Of a stretch of DNA of 64,000 bases, positions 18,579 to 27,298 are shown piece after piece (the first letter of the stretch is position 1; each line of letters begins with the position of its first letter). The translations under genes were made by a program, and so were the position numbers. Under the pieces are notes generated by a model. The model made no database searches, was not told the DNA's origin, and saw only the letters and a list, made by a program, of their open reading frames with translations. Source of the DNA: an uncultured Erysipelotrichaceae bacterium (GTDB lineage Bacteria > Bacillota_I > Bacilli_A > RFN20 > CAG-826); NCBI GenBank assembly GCA_902777015.1, contig CACYSA010000013.1, positions 229 to 64,228 on the forward strand. The letters are read 5' to 3'.

Positions 18579-19949
18579 TTATTGGCCGTATTTGATGTTA
18601 TTAACCCAAGACATGTCTTTAAATTTAAATGTCCAGTTATGATCACCGACTGTGCCAGGGGCATTGATTCTTGCTTTATCATCAAGTTTTAATAAGTCTT
18701 GAAGTGGAATAACAGTAATTAGACTATTCATATTCCAGACATAGTCAAATATCGCACCATATAAATCTTTTGGATGTTTAAACTTCTTACGAAGGATTGC
18801 GATTTGTTCTTTATTTAATGATTTTAGCCAACCATATAGTGTTTGGTTATCATGTGTACCAGGATAAAGAATGATATTATTATTTTCTTCTAATTGTTCA
18901 AAAATACAGAATTGAATAACTCTCATACCTGGGAGATGATAGAAATTTCTTAATTCGTGAACACTATCAAAGAGCATGCCTAAATCTTCGGCAATAATTT
19001 CAATATTTGGATACTTCTGATACAAAGTATCAAAGAAGTCATTTCTTGGTCCGATACGCCATTCACCACGTCTAGCGTTTTCATCTTCCGCAGGGATGAC
19101 ACAATATGTATCAAACGCTCTAAAGTGATCAAGTCTTAATAAGTTAGCCCTACTTGCTAAACAAGCAATTCTATTGATCAGAAAACTATAACCATTTTCT
19201 TTCATCTTATTGAAGTTATAAATTGGTGTACCCCATAACTGACCATCTTCTGAAAAGCCATCTGGTGGGCAACCAGAAACAACTGTTGGATGATAATGTT
19301 CATCAAGCATGAATTCATCTTTATTCAAATAGCAATCCACACTATCGAGGCCAACATAGAATGGGCAGTCCGCGATAATCTTAATGCCATTTTTATTAGC
19401 GTATTTTAAAATCTTATTCCATTGATTGAAGGCAATGTATTGGCACCAAACATGGAAATTAATTTCATCTTGGGCAAAGCTAGGAATCTTAGTAATAACC
19501 CATTCATTCCATGGTTTATTATCATTAATCATTTTAAGCACTAAATATTTAGCGTATTCTTCACACCATGGATTATTTTTCTTAAATTTATCTAATGAAA
19601 TTTTGGAGTTTTTATATGCCCGTCTTAAGTATTTTTCTTTAAATGATAAAACTTCACCATATCTAACTTGAGTGGAATTCTTTTGGAAATTTGGCACTTT
19701 TTCTAATAAGCCATCTTTCACTAATTCATCTAAAGAAATATATCTAATATCAAACGCTTCACTACAAACAGTGATATATGGAGAGTTAGCGGGTCCAACT
19801 GGATTAAGAGGCAATATTTGCCAGTAATGATAATGATGTTTCTTCAACCAATCAATAAATTCATAGGCATAATTAGAAAAGTCACCAATCCCATGATTGC
19901 CTGGTAATGAGAATACTGGAAGAAGGACACCGACATTTTGTTTTTTCAT
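18579..19949 (-). CDS. malQ: 4-alpha-glucanotransferase (amylomaltase, GH77)
   Basis: 456 aa. GVLLPVFSLPG..GIGDF N-terminus, RLDHFRAF and PGTHDN motifs of GH77. Confidence 0.9.
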   Translation of the reverse strand: MKKQNVGVLLPVFSLPGNHGIGDFSNYAYEFIDWLKKHHYHYWQILPLNPVGPANSPYITVCSEAFDIRYISLDELVKDGLLEKVPNFQKNSTQVRYGEVLSFKEKYLRRAYKNSKISLDKFKKNNPWCEEYAKYLVLKMINDNKPWNEWVITKIPSFAQDEINFHVWCQYIAFNQWNKILKYANKNGIKIIADCPFYVGLDSVDCYLNKDEFMLDEHYHPTVVSGCPPDGFSEDGQLWGTPIYNFNKMKENGYSFLINRIACLASRANLLRLDHFRAFDTYCVIPAEDENARRGEWRIGPRNDFFDTLYQKYPNIEIIAEDLGMLFDSVHELRNFYHLPGMRVIQFCIFEQLEENNNIILYPGTHDNQTLYGWLKSLNKEQIAILRKKFKHPKDLYGAIFDYVWNMNSLITVIPLQDLLKLDDKARINAPGTVGDHNWTFKFKDMSWVNNIKYGQ

Positions 19950-19996
19950 AGAAAAAAGTATACTCTTTCCATCTTAAAGAAAAAAGGGGCAACTTG

Positions 19997-20024
19997 TTGC
20001 GGTTAACTTTTATGGTTATATAAT
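19997..20024 (+). promoter_or_regulatory. Putative promoter TTGCGG-16-TATAAT, with the -10 box only 6 nt from the ATG (leaderless candidate)
   Basis: TATAAT at 20019-20024, AAAGGC, then ATG at 20031. Confidence 0.4.
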
Positions 20025-20030
20025 AAAGGC

Positions 20031-20645
20031 ATGGAAATAATAAAACTTTATACCGTTGATACAGATTTAGGTTTTAAGCACAAAAAGTTTCTTCTAGAAA
20101 ATGTTAACGAAGAACAAAAAGAAAAAGCTTTGAAATTTGCTATAGAAATTGATCAAATTAGATCACTACTATCTTCGTATTTAAAGAACTTATTGTCTAA
20201 AGAAGCATTACTTAAAAACGAAAACGGTAAACCTTATTTTGATAATGGTCCATTTTTTAATATTTCTCATTCTGGTCGTTATGTTTTAATGGCGGTTTCT
20301 ACTTCTGAAGTCGGTGTGGATATTGAAGAAATCAAAAATAAAGATATGTCCGCTTTAGTGAGAATATTTAATGAAGCTGAAGCAAAGATGATTAAAGAGC
20401 ATAGTGACTTCTATTACTTATGGTGCGCTAAAGAAAGTTTGATAAAGTGTATTGGTTCCTCTGTTAGTAAAGTTAGAGAAATACCAGCCCTACCGCTAAA
20501 TGGTTTAAAAACTTTCAAATGTAAAGATTATCAATGCCAAAGTTTTATTTATGATAAGCATATAGTTTCTATCACTCGCGAAGGAAAAGAAGAATTCAAA
20601 ATCGAAACTAAAAAGATCGATAGACTACCATACATCTTGAAGTAA
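20031..20645 (+). CDS. 4'-phosphopantetheinyl transferase, Sfp type
   Basis: 204 aa. GKPYF...FNISHSG, GVDIEEI and WCAKESLIKCIG motifs. Confidence 0.8.
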   Translation: MEIIKLYTVDTDLGFKHKKFLLENVNEEQKEKALKFAIEIDQIRSLLSSYLKNLLSKEALLKNENGKPYFDNGPFFNISHSGRYVLMAVSTSEVGVDIEEIKNKDMSALVRIFNEAEAKMIKEHSDFYYLWCAKESLIKCIGSSVSKVREIPALPLNGLKTFKCKDYQCQSFIYDKHIVSITREGKEEFKIETKKIDRLPYILK

Positions 20646-20700
20646 TATTCCTCTTTGCGTTGCAAAAAAGGTAATTAAAGTTTATTCTTTCTATGTTGTT

Positions 20701-21549
20701 ATGAATGCATTACAAGAGAAACAATTAAATATTTTGAAGCACTTCATTAAGGTGTGTGAAAAGCACAACTTGCAATATTTTCTTGTTGGTGGCTCAACAT
20801 TAGGGGCCATTAGACACAAGGGTTTCATCCCTTGGGATGATGATATTGATGTTGGTATGCCTAGAAAAGATTATGACAAATTCGTAGAACTACAACATGA
20901 ATTTGATGGTACACCTTATTTCATTCAAACATTTAAAACTGATCCTTGTTATATCTATAACTATGGCAAGTTGAGAGATTCATCCACTACATTCATTGAA
21001 AATACTTACAAACAACATCGTATCAATCATGGTGTCTGGATTGATATTTTCCCAATTGATGGTTTTTCTAAAGTTGTTAAACCAAGAGAAAATTTCGCTA
21101 AAAAAGTAAGACATATCTGGTGGCAAGTATATTTAAGTTATCTACCAGCATTAAGAAGAAAAGTTCACGCTAGAACATTCTTTAAAGACATCTTACTTAA
21201 TATTGTTGCGGGTCTATTCTATATCTTTGATATTGCTCATTACCGCAATAAACATGTTGAAAAATATGTGAGAAAAATACCATTAGAAGAATCCGTTATG
21301 GCGGGTAACTATTTTGGTTTCAACATGAAAAGAGAAGCAATGGACACTAAGATCTTCAAGGAATTCATCAAAGTTCCTTTTGAAGATATTGAAGCTTATG
21401 TACCAAAAGACTATGACACATATTTAAGAAATCTTTATGGTGATTATATGAAATTCCCACCACTTGATAAGCAAGTTGGTCACCACTATAACTCTGGTTT
21501 CTCTTTAGAACAGGGATATGAAGATTATCTAAAAGAACATAAAATATAG
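20701..21549 (+). CDS. licD: LicD-family phosphotransferase (phosphocholine/ribitol-phosphate transferase family)
   Basis: 282 aa. YFLVGGSTLGAIRHKGFIPWDDDIDVGMPR is the LicD signature. Confidence 0.85.
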   Translation: MNALQEKQLNILKHFIKVCEKHNLQYFLVGGSTLGAIRHKGFIPWDDDIDVGMPRKDYDKFVELQHEFDGTPYFIQTFKTDPCYIYNYGKLRDSSTTFIENTYKQHRINHGVWIDIFPIDGFSKVVKPRENFAKKVRHIWWQVYLSYLPALRRKVHARTFFKDILLNIVAGLFYIFDIAHYRNKHVEKYVRKIPLEESVMAGNYFGFNMKREAMDTKIFKEFIKVPFEDIEAYVPKDYDTYLRNLYGDYMKFPPLDKQVGHHYNSGFSLEQGYEDYLKEHKI

Positions 21550-21566
21550 TAAAGGAGTCATCCAAT

Positions 21567-22283
21567 ATGAATATTGCTCTAATTCTTGCCGCTGGTAGCG
21601 GAACACGCATGGGTAATGCTGATAAGCCAAAACAATTCTTACCAATCTACGGTAAGCCTTTAATGATTCACACTATTGAAGCTTTTGAAGTTAATGATAA
21701 TGTCGATAAGATTGTTATCGTTACTAATGAACAATATATTGATCAAGTTAAAGTTTGGTGCAAGCAATACGATTTGAGTAAAGTTAGAGCGGTTGTTGCC
21801 GGTGGTAACTCTCGTCAAATTTCTGTTTATAATGGTTTAAAAGCGGTTGAAGAATTAATCTCTTCTCCTGATGACATCATCGTCATCCACGACGCTGCTA
21901 GACCATTAATTAGTCAGAAGATTATTAATGACAATATTGAAGTTTGTCAAAAATATGGCGCAGTTGACACCGTCATTAAAGCAAGTGACACAATTATTAG
22001 AAGTAAAGATAACGAAATTATTTCTGAGATTCCAAATCGTAACGAATTATATCAAGGACAAACTCCTCAAACTTTTAAATTCAAAGTTATTAAAGACGCT
22101 CACGAAAAAGCAATTAAAGATGAAATTCCAAATGTTACTGATGACGCTAAGTTAGTTTTATCTTTTGGTATCGATGTTCATTTAGTTGCTGGTAGCGCAC
22201 AAAACTTTAAAATTACCACATTCGATGACTTAATGATGCTTAAAGCATTATTAAAGATTGGAAAGACTGAGGTTGTTCTTTAA
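21567..22283 (+). CDS. tarI: IspD/TarI-family cytidylyltransferase (probably ribitol-5-phosphate cytidylyltransferase)
   Basis: 238 aa. ALILAAGSGTRMG...KPKQFL N-terminus and VIHDAARP. The TarI call follows from the adjacent reductase and licD genes. SD AAAGGAG. Confidence 0.8.
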   Translation: MNIALILAAGSGTRMGNADKPKQFLPIYGKPLMIHTIEAFEVNDNVDKIVIVTNEQYIDQVKVWCKQYDLSKVRAVVAGGNSRQISVYNGLKAVEELISSPDDIIVIHDAARPLISQKIINDNIEVCQKYGAVDTVIKASDTIIRSKDNEIISEIPNRNELYQGQTPQTFKFKVIKDAHEKAIKDEIPNVTDDAKLVLSFGIDVHLVAGSAQNFKITTFDDLMMLKALLKIGKTEVVL

Positions 22284-22298
22284 TGTTTACCAATATAT

Positions 22299-23240
22299 AT
22301 GATGGCTATTTGTAAAGCAGATATCCGTTACTTTTTAGGTAACCGTGATATTAATGTTTTAAATCATAAATATCCTTTAGCCCCTATTCATGAAGCCGTT
22401 GGTGAAGTTATTAAAGATCCAACTGGTACATATCAAAAAGGTGATAAAGTCATCCTTGTTCCTAATTCATTTGATGATAAATATTTTACTGATAAATCTA
22501 ACCGTAGATGTTTTAGAAAAGACTTAGGCGATAATTATTATCCTAAAGCTGTTTTTAGAAGTTCCACTGCGGATGGCTTTTTAAGAAACTATTACACATG
22601 TAGTCCAGAATTACTTGTGAAATATGATGAAAACATAGACCCATCCCTTGCGGTTTTCTCTGAATTACTATCTGTCGCTAGTGCCGCTTTAAGAAGAATT
22701 GACTTTGATGAAGTTGAAAAATTAGCCTTATTTGGTGATGGCATTATGGCCTATATCGTTTATATCATGTTAGTTCATGACCATCCTGATTTAGATTTAA
22801 CAGTATTCGGCATTGATGACCATAAACTCGCAGCCTTTAAAGACGCTAAGATTGCGAAAGTTGATGAATATAAAGGCGATAAATTTGATACATTAATTGA
22901 AGCAGTTGGTGGTAAGTTTTCAGAAGTCGCGATTAATCAAATGATTGATTTAGCCATTCCAGGAGCGGACCTTATCTTAATGGGTGTTAGTGAAGATAAA
23001 GTACAAATCAACACTCGTGTAGTTTTAGATAAAGGTTTATCACTTAAAGGTGTCACTAGAAGCATGAGAGCGGACTTTGTCCATGTTTCACAAGCTATTA
23101 AAGATAAAAAAGTACAAGAGCAATTATCAATCATGGTCTTATCAAAGACTAAGATTAATAATGTCAGTGATATTTATAAATGTTTTGACGCTGATATTCA
23201 TAACAAAACTGAAATCGGTAAAAACATTATGCATTGGTAA
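22299..23240 (+). CDS. tarJ: TarJ-like medium-chain dehydrogenase/reductase (ribulose-5-phosphate reductase-like), N-terminally short
   Basis: 313 aa. The Zn-ligand Cys motif ICKAD is at residue 5 and HE (IHEAVGEV) near residue 30. The frame is closed upstream by the tarI stop, which is in the same frame, so about 30 N-terminal residues of the canonical fold are absent. Confidence 0.6.
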   Translation: MMAICKADIRYFLGNRDINVLNHKYPLAPIHEAVGEVIKDPTGTYQKGDKVILVPNSFDDKYFTDKSNRRCFRKDLGDNYYPKAVFRSSTADGFLRNYYTCSPELLVKYDENIDPSLAVFSELLSVASAALRRIDFDEVEKLALFGDGIMAYIVYIMLVHDHPDLDLTVFGIDDHKLAAFKDAKIAKVDEYKGDKFDTLIEAVGGKFSEVAINQMIDLAIPGADLILMGVSEDKVQINTRVVLDKGLSLKGVTRSMRADFVHVSQAIKDKKVQEQLSIMVLSKTKINNVSDIYKCFDADIHNKTEIGKNIMHW

Positions 23241-23244
23241 AGAT

Positions 23245-23544
23245 ATGACCACAAAACAAATTGTCATTATTGCTTATGCTTCTTATTTAGCTTTACTTTC
23301 TTTTATTACATTCATTGCCTATGGCGTGGATAAAAGTAAAGCTAAAAAAGGTAAATATAGAACAAAAGAAAAGACACTATTATTGTTATCATTTTTAGGC
23401 GGTGCCTTTGGTGGCTATCCTGCAATGCTAATATTCCGTCATAAAACTAAAGGTGAGCATTGGTACTTCACAGTGGTTAACTGGCTAGGACTATTAATCC
23501 ATATCGCCTTAATGCTTTGTATCATATTTGTGTTTAAATTCTAA
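23245..23544 (+). CDS. DUF1294 family membrane protein
   Basis: Starting at the internal ATG 23245 gives 99 aa. YGVDKSKAKKGKYRTKEKTLLLLSFLGGAFGG...FRHKTK is typical of DUF1294. The track's upstream extension overlaps tarJ. Confidence 0.7.
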   Translation: MTTKQIVIIAYASYLALLSFITFIAYGVDKSKAKKGKYRTKEKTLLLLSFLGGAFGGYPAMLIFRHKTKGEHWYFTVVNWLGLLIHIALMLCIIFVFKF

Positions 23545-23550
23545 TAGAAA

Positions 23551-23570
23551 AGCCCATCAAACGATGGGCT
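23551..23570. terminator. Hairpin AGCCCATC-AAAC-GATGGGCT between convergent genes
   Basis: Perfect 8-bp stem, A-rich on the 5' side and T-containing on the 3' side. It lies between the stops at 23544 (+) and 23593 (-). Confidence 0.65.
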
Positions 23571-23592
23571 CTATCAATATAATAAGAGGTAA

Positions 23593-24678
23593 TTATTTTT
23601 CCACAGAAATATCTTGTGATAATTCTTTTTGTTCTTCGTTAAATCTATCAGCTTTATTAATATCTTTTTGACTGACTTTGTCTTGATCAGCATCTTCACC
23701 CATATGAACAACGAGTTGATTGAATGGGATTTCGATATTGTTATCGTCAAACATGATTTTGATTTCACGGTTGAGATCTCTTTGTACTTGATAGATATCA
23801 TCTTCTTTACATTTGGCAACGAATAATAATTGCACACCAGATTCGCCTAATTCAGCGACACCTTTGTAATAAGGACCTTCTTCGATAGCAGGAATCTTTT
23901 CTTTAATCCTATTAATATTATCAGCGATGACCGCTTCGACTTTTTCAATTCTCACGTTATAAGAAACGGAAACATAAGCTTTCGCTAAGGATAATTCTTG
24001 AGTTTGGTTAATTATCGTTTTGATTTCACTATTGTTAACAATCTTAACGTTACCACCGGCATCTAATAATTTAGTGGTTCTAATACCGATTTCTTTAACT
24101 TCGCCTCTCCAACCATCGATGATGACGATATCACCAACTTGGAATTCACCTTCGAAAACGATGAAGATACCAGCAAGGATATCGGCCACTAAAGATTGGG
24201 AACCAAGACCTATGATCAGGGCGAGAACACCAGCACCAGTTAATGTTGCAGTAGCAGGAGCGCCCCAAGCATCTAAAATAAAGAAGACAGCGGTTAAACC
24301 AATTGCCCATTTGATAAATGAAACTAATAAACGAGAAATGGTTTTACCTTTCTTGCTTCTAAAGACAATCTTCGCTAAGAAGTGTAAGGCGATAGCAAAT
24401 GTTACTGCCACACCAATGATTTGGATTGTTCTTAATGTGTTAGGAATCGCATGTTCTAAGAAATAATCCGCAAAGGCATTGCCTGTATTAGACTTATAGA
24501 ACATTGGTTCAACGTCCCAAGCATAAGTGCCATTCCAATAACCGTTCTCATCAAGTACTTTATGGTAGTTTTGACCAAAGATTTGAGTGCTGAAAACGAA
24601 GATAATGATTGTCGCTATCATTAATAAAGCGTATAGCGACCACTTAATAATTGTGTTTCTTGTTTCTTTTTTCATCAT
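23593..24678 (-). CDS. Mechanosensitive ion channel (MscS family)
   Basis: ADILAGIFIVFEGEFQVGDIV...GEVKEIGIRTTKL is the MscS signature. The track start 24690 is a TTG that contains the SD GGAGG. ATG 24678 (MMKKETRN) is preferred. Confidence 0.85.
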   Translation of the reverse strand: MMKKETRNTIIKWSLYALLMIATIIIFVFSTQIFGQNYHKVLDENGYWNGTYAWDVEPMFYKSNTGNAFADYFLEHAIPNTLRTIQIIGVAVTFAIALHFLAKIVFRSKKGKTISRLLVSFIKWAIGLTAVFFILDAWGAPATATLTGAGVLALIIGLGSQSLVADILAGIFIVFEGEFQVGDIVIIDGWRGEVKEIGIRTTKLLDAGGNVKIVNNSEIKTIINQTQELSLAKAYVSVSYNVRIEKVEAVIADNINRIKEKIPAIEEGPYYKGVAELGESGVQLLFVAKCKEDDIYQVQRDLNREIKIMFDDNNIEIPFNQLVVHMGEDADQDKVSQKDINKADRFNEEQKELSQDISVEK

Positions 24679-24701
24679 AATTACCTCCAAAAAATCAATT
24701 A

Positions 24702-27131
24702 TTAAACCGAGATACTAAATTGATAATTCTCGAATAAAACCATAGTTTGATAGTCCGCTTCAGATGGAGAGGTACCTGTTTGGACTCTGCAATATTTAAT
24801 AGAGATTTTAACTGGTGAGTCAAAATCACTCATAAATGTATCTTGATCAAATCCTTCTTCACTAAGTTGTAAATCAACATATGTGTAATTACCCATACTT
24901 GGCAAAGTAAATTGACACGTGTATGTGTTTCCACTTTCACATTCAAATATTAGATAAGCGCTATATTCATCTGGTTTGCCAGCATAAATTGGCATAAAAC
25001 TGACTTGGAAATCACCACTAGTGATATTGTCGCTGATGATTCTACCGCCATAGACTGTTGGGTTTTCGTTTAATGTGAATTTCACATTTTTCTCAACATA
25101 AACATCTTCTTCAATGTAATCTGGCCCACCATTTTCTTCGGCGTCAACATTAAGCATTGTCGCTGTCACTTTGAGAGTGACATTATCCGCTTCAATGAGT
25201 GATGTTTGATCATAAGGACCATCAACAGAATTCATCAATGTGGTATACATCCAATCATGAGTAACTGTTTCGCCTTCAAACATTAAATAGGCATAATCTT
25301 CATCATTTAAAAGAATATTAACTGAGAAACCTGAATAGATGTGTGCAGCGTCATCATATAAGAATCTTATTGGAAGATTATATGGATATTCAGAATAGTT
25401 TGGATCACCAGAGAAATCATATGGTGTATCAATACCCTGGAATGTAGAAACTAAACTATTCTTAAATTTGAATTCTTCACCTTCCACGACCACGACACTC
25501 ATATCTTGGTTCATATATTTGAATGAATAAGCCATTCTATGTTCAACAATATCGATTAAATAAACTGGATCATCATCGGTTCCTTGTTCGATTTCATCAA
25601 CTGTAATGGTTTGGACATCAGTTGTTTCTGTTAAAAAGAATGTTTGTTCATTAGAAGTTTCTAGATCTTGTAAAGTGAATTCGAAACCATATAAGTAACC
25701 TAAATCATTTTGATAATCTAATTGCACTTCAAATGTTCTTGTGTCAAAGTTAGCTTTCTTATCGAATATTAATTCGTTAAATTGGGTAACTGCGCCACTA
25801 TTATCAGTGAATGTCACATCACCTTCATCTAATACTTCAAGTACATTTTGATTTAAACATGTGAGTTTATAGTGATAGTTTTCAGAGAATACGACTTCAT
25901 ACCCATCTAAATTTACAGTTTGAACTTCGTTAGTTTTTTGAAGTGGAACATCAACACTCATATCATCGATAATAGTCATGCCTTCTTGTTCATAAGTTAC
26001 GAAGAAAGACATCACAAAATTATCATAGAAACTAAAGTCATCGACATAGTCTAATTGCACTTCAAATGTGCGATTCATGAAGTTAGCGGTTTTATCAAAG
26101 ATAAATTTATTGAATTTAGTTTCAGCACCACTATTGTCTTCGAAGTGCACTGTACCAGATTCAGCGGTTACTAATATATCTTCATCCATATAAGTAAATG
26201 AATAGTCATATGTTTGTGCTAAGTTAAACGCACTATTACTACTTAAATCAATTTCTTGTTCTTCGGTAGTCTTACTAAGGTCATAAGATATTTCAGTTGG
26301 ACCAGTCGCACTAATAGCTTCAGATTTGAGATTAAATTTGAAATTAGAGAAGCGGTCATAATCATCTTGATAATCAAGTTTGACGCTCATCATCATTGTT
26401 AAGAAATTGCATGTCTTATCCCAAGTAATGCCATTGAATTCTGATACACGTGTCTCTTCTTTTAATGTTGTGAACTGTTCATCAAAGATTACTTCACCAC
26501 CAAAACGATTCTCACTTAAAACGATGTTATATGTTTCTTCTGGCTTTAAGTTAACGAACTCACCCCAGTTATAATCAAGATAAGTTGGAATTGAAAAATC
26601 GTAATATTCGTTATAGACCCTAAGTTTTAATGGAGCGTTACTTTCTTCACTATCTTCTTCACGTGGTTCATCGTATTCTTCATATGGTTCATCATCTGGT
26701 CTTTTTTCATTATTAAGATCTTTGACAAATAATTCATAAGATAAGGAATTTGATGTCACTACGAAATCATTAAAATTATATTGATAATTATGAAGGGCAA
26801 CAGAAATACCTGTGCCAACTGCCACAACAGCAACTGCGACAACACTAGCAGCAGTTGCTACCGACGCAACTGCACTAGCAGCGCTTGTCGCTGTAGTCGA
26901 AGATGAAACCACAGTTGAAGAACCATGAATAGGAGTTTTGTTCATGTATTCAACATTAACTTCTGTTTTCTTCTTGATTGTTTTACCAATGTATTTTTCG
27001 TTTAAATCGCCTTCAGGGACAGTGTTATCTTTTTGGGGAGTAAACTCTATTTTTTGAGTTTTTCCAAACTCCACCCCTCTGACTTGTTTATCATTGGTGA
27101 TTTCTATTTTGTTAAATTCGTCGTTACGCAT
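24702..27131 (-). CDS. Type-II membrane-anchored ectoprotein built from ~110-aa tandem repeats, unknown function
   Basis: 809 aa. About 80 cytoplasmic residues, then a Ser/Thr/Ala/Val TM helix (residues ~84-113), then at least three clear repeats sharing F-x-x-x-I-F-D-K-x-A-N-F-x-x-R-T-F-E-V-Q-L-D-Y. Confidence 0.6.
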   Translation of the reverse strand: MRNDEFNKIEITNDKQVRGVEFGKTQKIEFTPQKDNTVPEGDLNEKYIGKTIKKKTEVNVEYMNKTPIHGSSTVVSSSTTATSAASAVASVATAASVVAVAVVAVGTGISVALHNYQYNFNDFVVTSNSLSYELFVKDLNNEKRPDDEPYEEYDEPREEDSEESNAPLKLRVYNEYYDFSIPTYLDYNWGEFVNLKPEETYNIVLSENRFGGEVIFDEQFTTLKEETRVSEFNGITWDKTCNFLTMMMSVKLDYQDDYDRFSNFKFNLKSEAISATGPTEISYDLSKTTEEQEIDLSSNSAFNLAQTYDYSFTYMDEDILVTAESGTVHFEDNSGAETKFNKFIFDKTANFMNRTFEVQLDYVDDFSFYDNFVMSFFVTYEQEGMTIIDDMSVDVPLQKTNEVQTVNLDGYEVVFSENYHYKLTCLNQNVLEVLDEGDVTFTDNSGAVTQFNELIFDKKANFDTRTFEVQLDYQNDLGYLYGFEFTLQDLETSNEQTFFLTETTDVQTITVDEIEQGTDDDPVYLIDIVEHRMAYSFKYMNQDMSVVVVEGEEFKFKNSLVSTFQGIDTPYDFSGDPNYSEYPYNLPIRFLYDDAAHIYSGFSVNILLNDEDYAYLMFEGETVTHDWMYTTLMNSVDGPYDQTSLIEADNVTLKVTATMLNVDAEENGGPDYIEEDVYVEKNVKFTLNENPTVYGGRIISDNITSGDFQVSFMPIYAGKPDEYSAYLIFECESGNTYTCQFTLPSMGNYTYVDLQLSEEGFDQDTFMSDFDSPVKISIKYCRVQTGTSPSEADYQTMVLFENYQFSISV
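25455..26459 (-). repeat. Three tandem ~110-residue protein repeats (residues ~225-559)
   Basis: AETKFNKFIFDKTANFMNRTFEVQLDYVDD, AVTQFNELIFDKKANFDTRTFEVQLDYQND and RVSEFNGITWDKTCNFLTMMMSVKLDYQDD. Each unit ends in G-x-V-x-F-x-D-N-S-G. Confidence 0.75.
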
Positions 27132-27298
27132 AAGGGAGTATATAAGAAAATATATAATATTTTTCTACGCTTTTCACTAAAAATAGGAAATATTCTACCA
27201 ATTGTAAATATAGGCACAAAAAATCTTTGCGTAATATAAATGAATAATTTATTATTAAAGAGTATTTGTTTACACAATTATCATTAGGAGGTCATTTT

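Noticed and set aside
22281-22301. Stop-codon read-through producing a TarI-TarJ fusion protein
   Set aside because: The two ORFs are in the same frame and separated by TAA plus five codons. However, in-frame placement is expected by chance one time in three, TAA is a strong stop, and no recoding signal is visible. I kept only the N-terminal truncation as a finding.
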